The notes under the pieces: model-generated | Seen by the model: only the letters and a program-made list of their open reading frames with translations | What the model was told of the DNA's origin: nothing | The model's database searches: none | Source of the DNA: a virus | Lineage: Duplodnaviria; Caudoviricetes | Virus record (IMG/VR): IMGVR_UViG_3300012232_000015 | Location: 1 to 53,527 of that record | DNA: 53,527 nucleotides | Direction: 5' to 3' (one strand) | Program-made: the position numbers and the translations under genes | Part shown: in pieces, positions 40,461-51,280 of the stretch | Numbering within the stretch: position 1 is the stretch's first letter | How the letters are laid out: the number at the start of each line of letters is the position of its first letter

Positions 40461-43293
40461 CGTAGCCAACCTCTCGAAGGCGCTGGGGCCGCTCACTTCT
40501 CAGGTCGGGGCGTTCGTCGCCGGATTCGCTTCAGTCCAAGGCGCCAAGAAGGCTCTGCAGGCGGCGGAGGAGGCCGTCAATGCGGAGCGGCTGCTGCTGC
40601 AGGCGGTCAAGGGTCGGCGCGAGGAGTTGGAGCGGATCCTCGGGCTTGCCGGGCAGCTGCAGTCTCGCACCACCATCGACGACGAGCAGTTCGTCAAGAC
40701 GGCGACGCTGCTCGTCAACATGGGCGTGAGCGTCGACAAACTCGACGACGCGCTCCTCGCCGTGGTCGACACCTCCGCCGCGCTGGACGTCGGCTTCGAG
40801 GAGGTGGCGAAGACCGTCGCCGGGTTCGATTCCAATCTGGCAGGCCGGCTCGCGCAGCGCGTTCCGGAGCTGCGGCAGCTTGAAGAGGAGGGTCGCTTGG
40901 CCGCTGACGGCCTCGAGCTCCTGCGTCAGAAGTTTGCCGGCAACGCTGAGGCGCTGGCCGAGAACGACTTCGGCCGCGCCGCGCAGGAGCTCAATGAGAT
41001 CGGCGACTCGCTGGAGGTCATCGGTCTCGTGCTGGCCCCGATCAGGGCCGCGTTTCTCGAGGGGCTGAGTCAGGGCATCCGCGACTTCATCGCCGGCGCC
41101 GACTCAGAGGAGGCGCGCGGGTTCGCCAGGGCGCTGGAGCAGCTCGCGGAGGTGCTGGGCCGCCTTGTGCCTACAATCGCGGCTGTCGGCGCCGGCCTCG
41201 CTGCGCTGAAGGTGGCCGCCATCGTCATTCCGGTGACGATCATCGCTGCTAAGGTGGGGATCATCCTCGGCTTCTTGCGCGCCATCGCGGACGAGATTCC
41301 TGAGACGCAAGCGGCGATCGATGATGCGAGGACTGGCATTGGCGGCGTCGCGGACGACGTGGCCGAGGTGTTCCGAGCCATCCAGGACGGGTCGCTCGAG
41401 GTTGAGGACGTCATCGACTCGATCGTCACCGCGATCAAGAAGATCGCGATCATCGCCGACGTCGCGGCCATCAACCCGATCGTGCAGGGCGTCAAGGCTC
41501 TCGGCAAGACGGTCCTCGGCGCCATCCAGGTGCCCATCGCGTCGCTCGCCTTGCTGGCGGCGACGCAGATCGACTTCGTGGTAGATCTGTTTTTGAAAGC
41601 CATCCGGTTCGTCGCCGGGAAGTTCGACGCGCTCACGAGCAGCATCGCCGACGGGCTGGCGAAGCTGCCGGGGATCAGCGAAGAGGCCGCGAACGCCATC
41701 CGTACGAACCTCGCGTCCTTCGTGCCGGCTGACTTCACCCTGCTTGACGAGGGGCTTGAGAACCTGCCGGGCCTGGTGGACGAGGGGCTGGACCTGGTCA
41801 CCAACTCCTTCTCTGACGCCGCTGCGGACATCCAGGAGAAGTGGGCGGACGGCTTCAATCGCATCGATGAGCTCGACGCCGAGTTCACCGCGCGCGTCAT
41901 CCAGCGCAGTCAGGCCAGGCTCGAGCAGTTCGACGAAGAAGCCGACAAGGGCGCAGCCGCGGAGCGTGAGCGACTGAGCAAGATCGCGGACGACATCGAG
42001 GCGCTCGAGGCGCAACTCGTCGCGGTGCAGTCCGGGGCCGGGGCGCAGGCGGTCCAGCAGGCGCGGCAGAGCAGGCTTGTGGAGCTGCAGATCCTGCTCG
42101 ACGCCGAGCTGATCGCGGTCACCGACTTCGTGCGCGAGCGCGAGGCCATCGAGCTGGAGAGCCTGCAGAAGTCTCTGGCCGACAGGCAGGCCGAGATTGT
42201 CGTCACCGAGCAGCAGATTCAGACGCTCAGAGACCAGGGTGGCGCCCAGGCCGACGTGCGCGCTGAGCTGGAGAAGCTGCTCGAGCTGCGCCTCCAGGAG
42301 CAAGTCATCCTCGCCGAGATCGGTGCCGTCACCGACGAGCAGCTGCAGGCGCGGGTGGCGCTGGCGCAGGATGAGGTGCGAAGAATCGCCGAGCTTCGGG
42401 CCAAGCTGCAGGAGCTGCAGAGCGACGGTGAGAAGATCCTGACGCCGGAGGCGGCCGGGGAGTTCAACGCCGAGCTGTTCGCGGCCGGAGTCACGCTTGA
42501 CGAGCTGCTGGGAAAGTTCCCCGAGCTTCTCGGCGTCGTCGAGAAGCTGAAGCTGGAGCTCGGTGAGCCGCTGATGCCGTCCCTAGAGGAGGGCGTCTTC
42601 AGTGTGCAGCGCTTCACCGACGCCTTCGCCGCCGGCGCGTCGGACGTGCTGGCCCAGATGGGCGATCTCGACGCGAGCGCCGCGCAGCTGGGCGCGACAC
42701 TGGTGGGCGGTCTCGGTGATGGCATCGTGACCGCGTTCCTGGAGGGCGGAGACGCGCTTCGCGCCTTCGCCGCCGACTTCCTGAAGCAGATCGCGCAGAT
42801 GATCGCCCGCATGGTGGTCTTCAACGCCCTAGCCGGCGCGTTCGGAGTCCCGACCGGCGGGGGCGGCTTCGGCGGAGGCGGCGGCTTCGGGTTCGACGAG
42901 GGCGGCCGCGTGCGCGGCCCCGAGGGGAGAGACGTCATCCCGGCGAAGCTGACGCGCGGCGAGTACGTCGTGCGCCGGCAGTCCACCGACTACTACGGCG
43001 ACCGAATCATGCGGGCCATCAACCAGCGCATGATCCCGCGAGAGCTGCTGATGTCGCTGCTGAAGAACTTCGGCGGAGCCTCCGGCGTCAACGTGTCCGG
43101 CGCGTTCCAGCAGGGCGGAGCCGCTCGCATCGGCGTCGACGACCGGTCGGGCGGAGTCGGCATGAGCGTCATCCTGAGCGGCGAGCGAGACGCCGACAAG
43201 TTCTTCGCCGGCGGGGACCAGGCCTTCGTGCGAGCGTTCGAGCGCAACAGCGACGCCATCGACGCCATCAAGGATAGGCGGGTGCGCCGGTGA
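40363..43293 (+). CDS. Tape measure protein
   Basis: 976 aa, Ala/Leu-rich helical. N-terminal ILAQLIDQVSGP, C-terminal GGRVRGPEGRDVIPAKLTRGEYVV. Confidence 0.93.
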   Translation: MADQQVTILAQLIDQVSGPGRAVTRFLGGMRSDVANLSKALGPLTSQVGAFVAGFASVQGAKKALQAAEEAVNAERLLLQAVKGRREELERILGLAGQLQSRTTIDDEQFVKTATLLVNMGVSVDKLDDALLAVVDTSAALDVGFEEVAKTVAGFDSNLAGRLAQRVPELRQLEEEGRLAADGLELLRQKFAGNAEALAENDFGRAAQELNEIGDSLEVIGLVLAPIRAAFLEGLSQGIRDFIAGADSEEARGFARALEQLAEVLGRLVPTIAAVGAGLAALKVAAIVIPVTIIAAKVGIILGFLRAIADEIPETQAAIDDARTGIGGVADDVAEVFRAIQDGSLEVEDVIDSIVTAIKKIAIIADVAAINPIVQGVKALGKTVLGAIQVPIASLALLAATQIDFVVDLFLKAIRFVAGKFDALTSSIADGLAKLPGISEEAANAIRTNLASFVPADFTLLDEGLENLPGLVDEGLDLVTNSFSDAAADIQEKWADGFNRIDELDAEFTARVIQRSQARLEQFDEEADKGAAAERERLSKIADDIEALEAQLVAVQSGAGAQAVQQARQSRLVELQILLDAELIAVTDFVREREAIELESLQKSLADRQAEIVVTEQQIQTLRDQGGAQADVRAELEKLLELRLQEQVILAEIGAVTDEQLQARVALAQDEVRRIAELRAKLQELQSDGEKILTPEAAGEFNAELFAAGVTLDELLGKFPELLGVVEKLKLELGEPLMPSLEEGVFSVQRFTDAFAAGASDVLAQMGDLDASAAQLGATLVGGLGDGIVTAFLEGGDALRAFAADFLKQIAQMIARMVVFNALAGAFGVPTGGGGFGGGGGFGFDEGGRVRGPEGRDVIPAKLTRGEYVVRRQSTDYYGDRIMRAINQRMIPRELLMSLLKNFGGASGVNVSGAFQQGGAARIGVDDRSGGVGMSVILSGERDADKFFAGGDQAFVRAFERNSDAIDAIKDRRVRR

Positions 43294-44351
43294 TCCAGCA
43301 CTGCGAGAGCTGGGACTCGATCCGGACGACGACGGCGCTGGGGCAGGTGTACTCGAGCGTCGTCACCAGCGCCGCCACGTCGTGGGTCGCAGGCGACGTT
43401 CGCGGCTTCGCCATCAAGCACACGCAGTCCGAGACGGCGACGACGTGGACGGACCTGTTCGCCGAGCCGAATGCGAGTGACGAGTACTTCATTGGGTTCA
43501 GACTGAAGGCCGACGAGAACTCGAGCAACGCGACCCACATCCTGTGCCAGCTCTTTGACGGGGTCACCGAGCAGTTTCAGGTGCGGCTGCGGTCGAACGT
43601 CGGGGCCACCAGTCTGAACATCCAGCTGCTTCGCAACAGCGGGTCCGCCATCGGCGGGGCAGTCAGCTCCGACCTGCCGCCAAACGTGACTGTATACGTC
43701 GAGATCTACGTCAAGCTCAGCAACACGACGACGGGCGCGTGGGAGATCCGGCTGAACGGCGTCACTAACGTGTCGGCGACCGGAGTCTCCACATCTGCGA
43801 GCGGCAACAAGAAGGCGGACCGCGTCACCTGGACGCTCGACACCTCGGCGATCGCCGGAACGTACACGCAAATCAAGGACATTCTGGTGCTAGACGGTCT
43901 CGCCGGAGAGCGCACGGACTTCCAGGGCGATGTCATCCTCGAGGACCGAGTGCCGGACGCCGTCGGCTTCGAGGATGACTGGGTCCCGCTGGCCGGCCAG
44001 AATTATGAGAACATCGACGACGCACTCGTCGCCGACGAAGACTCGTCGTACAACTCCAGCGCCGTCGCGACTGACGTCGACCTGGTCGGGTACTCCGACC
44101 TGGCGTACGTCGCCGGACAGATCATCGGCGTCGTGCTGCGGGCCAGGGCGCGCAACGACGCGGCCGGCACGACGTCGCTAAGGCAGCTGTTCCGGGACCC
44201 AAACCTGCTGGCCAACGCGGCAGGAGCCACTGTCAGTCTGACTGCGCAGACGTACGCGCCGGTGCGACAGGTGTGGGAGAGGAACCCGGTCACCGGCGAC
44301 GACTGGCTTGTGTCAGACCGGGCGCAGTTCGGCTACGAGAGGGTGACGTAA
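43290..44351 (+). CDS. Minor tail protein (beta-sandwich)
   Basis: Follows tape measure. YVEIYVKLSNTTTGAWEIRLNG is lectin-like. Confidence 0.7.
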   Translation: MIQHCESWDSIRTTTALGQVYSSVVTSAATSWVAGDVRGFAIKHTQSETATTWTDLFAEPNASDEYFIGFRLKADENSSNATHILCQLFDGVTEQFQVRLRSNVGATSLNIQLLRNSGSAIGGAVSSDLPPNVTVYVEIYVKLSNTTTGAWEIRLNGVTNVSATGVSTSASGNKKADRVTWTLDTSAIAGTYTQIKDILVLDGLAGERTDFQGDVILEDRVPDAVGFEDDWVPLAGQNYENIDDALVADEDSSYNSSAVATDVDLVGYSDLAYVAGQIIGVVLRARARNDAAGTTSLRQLFRDPNLLANAAGATVSLTAQTYAPVRQVWERNPVTGDDWLVSDRAQFGYERVT

Positions 44352-44353
44352 GC

Positions 44354-46579
44354 GTGGCTCAGCGAGTCACCAGGCAGTTCGCGACGGTGGTCGCGCGAAA
44401 CCCCACCTCGCAAGTGGTCCCGCTGGCGCTCCCTGGAACCTTGCCGACGGTGTTCCGCCCCAACTGGGCAGACCGCATCACCATCGAGGGTGCGTGGACC
44501 ACCGATGTGGTGAAGGCTCGCCAGTCGTTGGCCGAGGAGAGGAGGGGCCACTGCGATCGGCCGCGCCGCATGATGGAGGTGACGCTCACCGGGATCCGCC
44601 ACAAGGAGAGCGCGACGATGTTCGTGCACCTCATCCGGGCGGCCGACGAGCGACTCCCCGTTCCGGTGTACTCGGACTCGACCAAGGTGACGACGACGTC
44701 GAGCGGCCTCAATGTGTTCTGCGATACGACGTACCGGCGCTTCCACGTCGGCGGGCGCATCCTTATCCACTCGTGGGACTCGGAGGGAATGCCGGCGACT
44801 TCGGAGTACGCGCTGATCGCGACGATTCTGCCAGGCCAGCTGACGCTGGCATCGGCGCTGACAGGCTCGTACCCGGTCAACTCCAGGGTGTACCCCACGA
44901 TGGACTCTGAGGTGCAAGTGAACGCCGAGGCGTCGTTCATCACCGACCAGCACGTCGTCATCCGCCTGCGGGCGATGGAGGTGGCCGGCAAGTCGGCGCT
45001 CCCCGCGTCGATCGGCGTGCACAACACTGAACAGTTTCAGCGCTTTCGCGGCCTGAACGTCTTCGATGTCAGGGTGGACTGGGCCGCTGAGCTGAAGACG
45101 TCGGTGGTTCGCAGCGCAGACAGGTCGACGGCCGGGCTGGCTGAGATCATCGCGCTTCGCGGCTCGCGTCCGCAACTGGTGCACACAATCAACATCCAGT
45201 CGATTGAGCGAGCCACCCACTGGCGAGCCCTCCAGTTCTTCGACCGACACAAGGGGCGAAAGGAGCCGTACTATCTGGTGGCTCACGAGGCGCTGTGGGA
45301 GCCGGTGGCGATCACCCAGAACGACGTCACGGTCACGGAGTTCGGGAACATCGCCGACGCGCAGGCGTTCTTCGACTACGTCGCCGTCGTCGAGCGCAGC
45401 GGCCTGGCCCACCTCGCGGAGATCCTGGCCATCACCGACCTCGGCGGCACGTGGCGGATTGACTTCGCGGAGCCGATCGCCGCGGTGGTGCTCGCCGACG
45501 TGCGCAAGGTGACGTCGGCGCACCTAGTGCGCAACTCATCCGACGCAGTGAAGGAGGAGTGGGAGACCACCGAGCACTCCACCATCTCGTGGCGGGCCGA
45601 GGACCTGCTATCGGAGGACGACGTCGAGATCGCGAACCTCGAGGTGCCTGCCGAGCCGATCGAGGGGCCGTGGTCGATCCCGGACCTCGAGCACTGGTTC
45701 GACGTCAGCTCGAACGCCTTCGACTTCCGAGAGGATCCGCTGCTGCCGCAGCCGCTCGACTCGCCGCACGAGCCCGGGCCGCGCTTCGACTACATGTGCT
45801 GCTACCTCTACGACGTGCGCGATCGGGACTTTGAGTTCATCAATGACCCGACGCTGCTCGGCGGGAAGGCGCACCTGCAGTGCCCAGGGCAGACGAACAT
45901 CTTCAACGTCTGCCAGCGCTACGACGACGCGGAGCGAAACAACGCTCGCCCCACCATCTACACGAACAGTGGCAGGGGCTCCGGCTTCCGCTTCTTCAAA
46001 CCAGCGCCGGCGACCATCTGGGATCCGACGCTCGGCTTCACGCTGTTCATCCACCGCCTGTCGCCGAAGGCCGGCTACAACCAGCCGCACGTCTTCGTTC
46101 AATTCGCGGCGTCTACTCCGGGCGGCGAGATGCTGGAGTGGAGCAACAGCGGCGGAGCTGCGTCGTTCAAGGTGGACATCTACCAGACGGCCGGCGTCGT
46201 GAGCGCGCCGCTCAACATCACCGGCATGGAGCTCAACGTGGGGAGGCCGAGCACGTGCGTGCTGCGCATCGAGCCGGGCGTGTCGTCGAAGGTGTGGGTG
46301 GACGGAGGCGCGGCGATCGGCACCGCGGCCTCCGCACCGGCGACGCTGCCTTCCAACACCATGGATCAGACCGGCTACGGGACGGTGTATGCGGCCGTCA
46401 ATAAGTGGCTGCAGGTGACGGCGCAGTTCGGGCTGGCTGAGCGGAATGACGCGTACCTCCACAACTCCGGCTACAACGCCGCCATAGTATTCCGCCGGGC
46501 ACTGACGCTGGCTGAGATGGACGTGGTCGGCGCGTACTTGACTGCCGTCTACGGCGGAGTCTGGAGCGCGCCGACGTGA
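44354..46579 (+). CDS. Minor tail protein with C-terminal LamG/concanavalin-like domain
   Basis: RPNW...W.TDV...EERR distal-tail-like start. C-terminal LEHWFD...AIVFRRALTLAEM..V.AYL. Confidence 0.7.
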   Translation: MAQRVTRQFATVVARNPTSQVVPLALPGTLPTVFRPNWADRITIEGAWTTDVVKARQSLAEERRGHCDRPRRMMEVTLTGIRHKESATMFVHLIRAADERLPVPVYSDSTKVTTTSSGLNVFCDTTYRRFHVGGRILIHSWDSEGMPATSEYALIATILPGQLTLASALTGSYPVNSRVYPTMDSEVQVNAEASFITDQHVVIRLRAMEVAGKSALPASIGVHNTEQFQRFRGLNVFDVRVDWAAELKTSVVRSADRSTAGLAEIIALRGSRPQLVHTINIQSIERATHWRALQFFDRHKGRKEPYYLVAHEALWEPVAITQNDVTVTEFGNIADAQAFFDYVAVVERSGLAHLAEILAITDLGGTWRIDFAEPIAAVVLADVRKVTSAHLVRNSSDAVKEEWETTEHSTISWRAEDLLSEDDVEIANLEVPAEPIEGPWSIPDLEHWFDVSSNAFDFREDPLLPQPLDSPHEPGPRFDYMCCYLYDVRDRDFEFINDPTLLGGKAHLQCPGQTNIFNVCQRYDDAERNNARPTIYTNSGRGSGFRFFKPAPATIWDPTLGFTLFIHRLSPKAGYNQPHVFVQFAASTPGGEMLEWSNSGGAASFKVDIYQTAGVVSAPLNITGMELNVGRPSTCVLRIEPGVSSKVWVDGGAAIGTAASAPATLPSNTMDQTGYGTVYAAVNKWLQVTAQFGLAERNDAYLHNSGYNAAIVFRRALTLAEMDVVGAYLTAVYGGVWSAPT

Positions 46580-47409
46580 CGCAGCTCCAGCGATCCCACA
46601 AGACGGCGGTCTACCTTCTCGAGTTCTCGTGGGGCGACCCCGCCGCGCCCGAGACGCCGGTCCGCCTCACCGACTGGACGGCCGACTTCCCGTTCCAGGG
46701 AGACTTGTTCCTGTCTGACCCGCGCATCGAGGTGAAGCTGCCCGTCAACAGCGGCGGGCTCGAGGAGAAGGCGCTCGAGATCCTCGTGCCGACTGACGTC
46801 GACCCGCTCTTCGCAGATCTGGCGAGAGAGGCGCACGCCGACGTCGAGGTGAGCGTGATCGAGCTGCTCGGCGCGGACGAGGTATCGCCGGAGCCGCGGA
46901 TCGTCTTTGTCGGCACGCTGACTGAAGTGGACGAAAACCACAAGGACGTCGATGGCCAGACGCTCGTCATCGCGCGGTCCGTCAAGTCTGAACTGCGCAC
47001 ATCGATGGGGATCGCGGCGAACTCGCAGTGCGGCTGGAACACTTTCGGCTTCGCGTGCGGCCTATTCGAGGCGGACTTCGAGGACACCGGAGGGACGGTG
47101 CTGTCCATCACGGGGAAGACTGTGGCCGTCACTGGCCTCGCCGTCGCGTCCACTGTGACGTACTACAATCAAGGGTGGCTCAAGAAAGACGGCCTGAGAA
47201 TCAAGATTCGCGACTGGGTCGATACTGCCCCGACTATCTTCCACCTGGTGCGCAGGCCGCCAACGGCGTGGCTGTCGGCGGCAGTGTCGGCAGTCGCGGG
47301 GGACGACAAGCTGCACACCACGTGCCTGACGGTATTCAACAACCTGGATCGCTTCATGGGTAACGGGGTCGGCATCCCCGCGTGGAGCCCGACATTCGAG
47401 GCGCCGTGA
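46576..47409 (+). CDS. Tail hub protein, DUF2163/BR0599-like
   Basis: C.WN.FG..CG, YYNQGWL, AGDDK...TC...FNNLDRF.G..IP. Confidence 0.8.
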   Translation: MTQLQRSHKTAVYLLEFSWGDPAAPETPVRLTDWTADFPFQGDLFLSDPRIEVKLPVNSGGLEEKALEILVPTDVDPLFADLAREAHADVEVSVIELLGADEVSPEPRIVFVGTLTEVDENHKDVDGQTLVIARSVKSELRTSMGIAANSQCGWNTFGFACGLFEADFEDTGGTVLSITGKTVAVTGLAVASTVTYYNQGWLKKDGLRIKIRDWVDTAPTIFHLVRRPPTAWLSAAVSAVAGDDKLHTTCLTVFNNLDRFMGNGVGIPAWSPTFEAP

Positions 47410-47413
47410 GCCC

Positions 47414-47950
47414 ATGAGTGTCGTAGCTTACAAAGCCCTGATCTGGGAGCCGTTTCACGAGCCCGGCCTCACAGCAGAAGAGCAGGCCCGCATCCTGGCC
47501 GCGCTCCGCGCGGTGCTGGAGTCGTGGGAGGGCACGCAGTACGCGGCCGGCCAGTGCGCGAAGCAGTCCGGCGTGGACTGCACCAGGTTCGTGGGCGCGA
47601 TCTGCGACGAGCTGCGGGGCGACGAGCGGACGTCGTACGACGCGCTTCCGCACGACGCCGCGATGCACGACCGGGTCGGGGCAGAGCGCACGATGCGTGA
47701 GCTGCTCCGGCTGTACGCGCCGCTCGTCAAAGTCGCCGGCGGGGTGTGCCAGCCCGGGGACTTCGTCATCACGGGCCCGGCTGGCGGAGGGCCGGGGCAC
47801 TCGATGATCGCCGGCTGGCGCCGCGGGGAGCTCTGGCAGACCAACAGCAGAGAGGTGACTCGGAGCGGCCTGGCGCTGAACAGTCAGCTGCAGGTGGTGC
47901 ACGGAGTGTATCGCGACCTGCGCAGAGGGGATTGGCGCCGGTGGGAGTAG
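47414..47950 (+). CDS. NlpC/P60-family tail peptidase
   Basis: WEGTQY...GVDCTRFV, QPGD, GH. Canonical position between DUF2163 and host-specificity genes. Confidence 0.85.
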   Translation: MSVVAYKALIWEPFHEPGLTAEEQARILAALRAVLESWEGTQYAAGQCAKQSGVDCTRFVGAICDELRGDERTSYDALPHDAAMHDRVGAERTMRELLRLYAPLVKVAGGVCQPGDFVITGPAGGGPGHSMIAGWRRGELWQTNSREVTRSGLALNSQLQVVHGVYRDLRRGDWRRWE

Positions 47951-50622
47951 AAGTCGCACTGATGGCGGCGAGCTTCGCGCTCAACTACCTGGCCAATCGC
48001 TTAGCCGGGCCGAAGGACGACACGACCGCGAGGGACGACAAGCCGACGACGGTCGCGACGCGCGGCACGTTCGTGCCGTACCTCATCGGCCGCCGCCGCG
48101 TCGGAGTCGTCTTCGGCTGGGCCGGGAATCGGTCGTCGGAGAAGGAGGCAGTCAGCGGTGGAGGGAAGGGGCTCGGCAGCAGCGCGGAGCAGACGGTGTG
48201 GTACGAGGCGGGCTGGCACCAGCTCGTCTGCACCCCGAGCACGCGGCTGCACAAGATCAGGAAGGACGGCAAGGAGATCTTCTCCGGGACGCTGACTCCG
48301 GACTCGTCGCCGAGCGGGACGAGCTTCGACCTGGGGCAGCCCGGCATCTTCTCCATGTACTGGGGCCACCCGGACCAGCCGGTCAACACGTTCCTCGGCG
48401 ACCCGTCGCGGCTCGGGGTGGGCAGCCGCTGGCCGTTCCTCAGCTACGTCGAGTGGAACAAGGCGCGGCTGGGGACCGTGCCTCGGTGGGCGCTGTACGA
48501 CTACGACATCGAGTGCAGGCCGATCTCCACCCTGACCGGGTCGCCGCCGTGGATCGAGGACACTAAGACGCTGAGCGGGAAGACGGACCCTGTGAAGACC
48601 GGCACGCCGGGGGAGATCGGGACGGCCAAGATAGTCGTGGACGGCGACCGGTCGAAGAGGTACAAGGCCGGTGAGTACCTCTTCCTGTCGGGAAACTCCG
48701 CCCCGGACGGGGACTACCTCATCTTCAACTCCGTGTACAACCCCGGCGGCTACCCGACCGTCATTGATGAGACGACCATCTTCCTAGGCCAGCCGGTGCC
48801 GGTGATGAACAACGCCGGCACGATCGAGAAGTACGACACGCTGCCGGATGGCGGCGCCAACCCGGCACACGCGCTGGCGCAGATTTTGCTGCAGCCGTAC
48901 CCGCTCGGGATCGGGTTAGGGGTGGGGACCAGCAACTCCCAGATCGAGCGAGTGGACGTGGACTCGCTGGAGCGGCTCGGCGAGCTGCTCCACGCCGAGG
49001 GCGCGCGCTGCCACGTGTTCGCAGAGAAGGGCGGGGAGGCGCTGGCCGCGATCGCCTCGATCCTCCAGGAGTTCAGCGTGCTGGCCCCGCTCATCGACGG
49101 GAAGCTGACGTTCTTGGGGCTGCGAGACGACGCCGTCGTCCCCGTCGTCCCGGCCGACGCCATCCTGCCGCCCAAGCCGCGGCGTCGCATGCGCCTCGGG
49201 CCGAGCGAGGTGACGCACACCGTCTGGAAGTTCAGCGACGCTGCCAGGGACTGGCGAGACAACACCATCACTCTCGACGATGACGGGAAGGTGGTGGAGA
49301 GCAACAACCCCAAGGCCAGGCCGGTGCGGATGGACACCATCACGCACTACGACACGGCCGCCGCCGCGGTGGAGCGCCGTGGGCAGGAGGACCTGGCCGG
49401 CGCCGGGACGGTGGAGGTCGTCGGCGCGCGGGAGGTGAGGCTCATTTACCCCGGGATGGCGTTCGAGGCCGACGACTTCGACGACAGGCTGCGCTGCCTC
49501 GAGTCCCAGACTGACGCCAAGACCGGCCGGGTGAAGCTGAAGGCCAGCATCGACTTCATCGGTGCCGCGGCGAGCGGCTCGCAGGCGACGGAGACCGGGA
49601 CCGGCACCGTTGCGCTGGAGGCCGTCGAGCCCGACCTCCTGTTCTGGCCGATCGAGGTGCCGGAGTTCGTCGGCGGGTCCGGTCAGGTTCAGCTCATCGT
49701 GCCTCGAATAAGGGCGCACTCTCAGATCGCCGGAGCCAACATCTGGATATCGGCGGACAACGTGTCGTATGTGAACGCAGGCCAGCACCTGGGGATCGTC
49801 ACTGGCGGCACTCTCATCGACCCGCTGTCCGCCACCGGCGACTACGTCGCGACCCAGGGGCCAACGTTCGCGGCGCTCGGCCCGGACATCAGCGAAGTGC
49901 TCGACCTGTCGGCCGATCCCGTGAACTGGCGGCTCGGGCGACAGCTCTGCGTATTCGTCAGCGCGGCCGGCGTTGTTGAGATCACGTTTCTGCAGAAGGT
50001 GACGGCGATCAGCGGCACGACGTACCGCCTCGACGGCGTCATCCGCCAGCGCTATGACACGCGGAGGGCGGCGTTCGCGGCCGGCGACAAAGTCTTCATC
50101 TTCGAGCAGTCGGACGTGCTGACCATCGCCGACCCGCTTCTGCAGCCGGCCGCCCCGCTCTACGTGAAGTCGCAGGCGTTCACCGGGGAGTCGCTGTCGC
50201 TGGCGTCCCTCTTCCCCGCGTTCGTCACGCTGCGCGGCAAGGGCGTCACGCCGATGCCGCTCGCTCAGCTCATCAACGCGGCGCAGGACTTCGGCTACCT
50301 GAACTTGACGCCGGGCACGATCACCTTCAAGTGGCAGTACCTGTCGAACTCGGTGCCGGGGACCGGGGCCGGGATGCAGAATGCGGGCGCGGCGACGGGC
50401 GTCGCTCCGGTCGTCGGCAACTTTACTGTGCGCATCAAGAACAGCGGAGGCACGACGATCCGCACCGTGGCTGGACTGACTGCCGACACGTTCGACTACA
50501 CGCAGGCTATGTTTCTGGTGGACTTTCCGGCCGGCGCGACGAGCTATAAGGTGTCAGTGGAGCAGCTCAGCGGCGGCTTGTCTAGTGGCCAGCTCGAGAT
50601 CACAATGACGAAGTACCCGTAG
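47941..50622 (+). CDS. Tail tip / host specificity protein (Phage-tail_3-like)
   Basis: RGTFVPYLIGRRRV, YWG..DQP, ANPAHAL, YRLDGVIR..YDT. Confidence 0.85.
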   Translation: MGVEVALMAASFALNYLANRLAGPKDDTTARDDKPTTVATRGTFVPYLIGRRRVGVVFGWAGNRSSEKEAVSGGGKGLGSSAEQTVWYEAGWHQLVCTPSTRLHKIRKDGKEIFSGTLTPDSSPSGTSFDLGQPGIFSMYWGHPDQPVNTFLGDPSRLGVGSRWPFLSYVEWNKARLGTVPRWALYDYDIECRPISTLTGSPPWIEDTKTLSGKTDPVKTGTPGEIGTAKIVVDGDRSKRYKAGEYLFLSGNSAPDGDYLIFNSVYNPGGYPTVIDETTIFLGQPVPVMNNAGTIEKYDTLPDGGANPAHALAQILLQPYPLGIGLGVGTSNSQIERVDVDSLERLGELLHAEGARCHVFAEKGGEALAAIASILQEFSVLAPLIDGKLTFLGLRDDAVVPVVPADAILPPKPRRRMRLGPSEVTHTVWKFSDAARDWRDNTITLDDDGKVVESNNPKARPVRMDTITHYDTAAAAVERRGQEDLAGAGTVEVVGAREVRLIYPGMAFEADDFDDRLRCLESQTDAKTGRVKLKASIDFIGAAASGSQATETGTGTVALEAVEPDLLFWPIEVPEFVGGSGQVQLIVPRIRAHSQIAGANIWISADNVSYVNAGQHLGIVTGGTLIDPLSATGDYVATQGPTFAALGPDISEVLDLSADPVNWRLGRQLCVFVSAAGVVEITFLQKVTAISGTTYRLDGVIRQRYDTRRAAFAAGDKVFIFEQSDVLTIADPLLQPAAPLYVKSQAFTGESLSLASLFPAFVTLRGKGVTPMPLAQLINAAQDFGYLNLTPGTITFKWQYLSNSVPGTGAGMQNAGAATGVAPVVGNFTVRIKNSGGTTIRTVAGLTADTFDYTQAMFLVDFPAGATSYKVSVEQLSGGLSSGQLEITMTKYP

Positions 50623-50634
50623 GCAAAGACGCCA

Positions 50635-51054
50635 ATGACGAAGAAGACGTACACAAGGATCGTGGCCGGGGCCCAGTCGTGGGACGCTGACATCAACGCG
50701 AACTACGATAAGGCGGAGCTGACTCCGATTCCGATTCCTGAGGTGCCTGGGGCCATCGCGACGCTAGCCGCCGCCAACCAGAACGACAGATCACTCTCGT
50801 TCGCCAACGAGGGCGGCAGCATCGGCTGGGTCCTCGCCTTCAGCAACGGCACGCTGTGGCAGATGATCCCGCGGCGAATCATCACGGCCGTGCCGGACCT
50901 CACCAACACCACCGGCGGGACGGCGAACGGGTCGGTGGTCGCCGTGAGCGGCTCCGGCGCCGACGCCACCATCAACGACAACTTCGCCGAACTGACGGTG
51001 AAGCTCAACGCACTCTTGGCTCAGATGCGCATCGCTGCGCAGCTTGTCCCGTAG
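50635..51054 (+). CDS. Hypothetical virion protein
   Basis: Tail region. INDNFAELTVKLNALLAQMR trimer-like helix. Confidence 0.7.
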   Translation: MTKKTYTRIVAGAQSWDADINANYDKAELTPIPIPEVPGAIATLAAANQNDRSLSFANEGGSIGWVLAFSNGTLWQMIPRRIITAVPDLTNTTGGTANGSVVAVSGSGADATINDNFAELTVKLNALLAQMRIAAQLVP

Positions 51055-51077
51055 CCCCACATGAAGAAAGAGAGACC

Positions 51078-51278
51078 ATGAACATCGAGCTTGAGAGACT
51101 GAAGGGAGAGTCGCCGCAGGAGCACTACCGACGACTGCTGGTGAGTCGCACGAAGCTCGACGTCGCTCTGCGCGACGCCAAGCGCGACGCGGCTGCGGCC
51201 GAGGCGGAGCGAGAGCTGGAGCGCAGGCGGGTGAGAGACCGAGCGAAGCTGGGGCTCAATGTGCAGGAGGAGCAGTAG
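51078..51278 (+). CDS. Small charged coiled-coil protein
   Basis: MNIELERLKGESPQEHYRRLL..., purine-rich RBS region. Confidence 0.6.
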   Translation: MNIELERLKGESPQEHYRRLLVSRTKLDVALRDAKRDAAAAEAERELERRRVRDRAKLGLNVQEEQ

Positions 51279-51280
51279 CC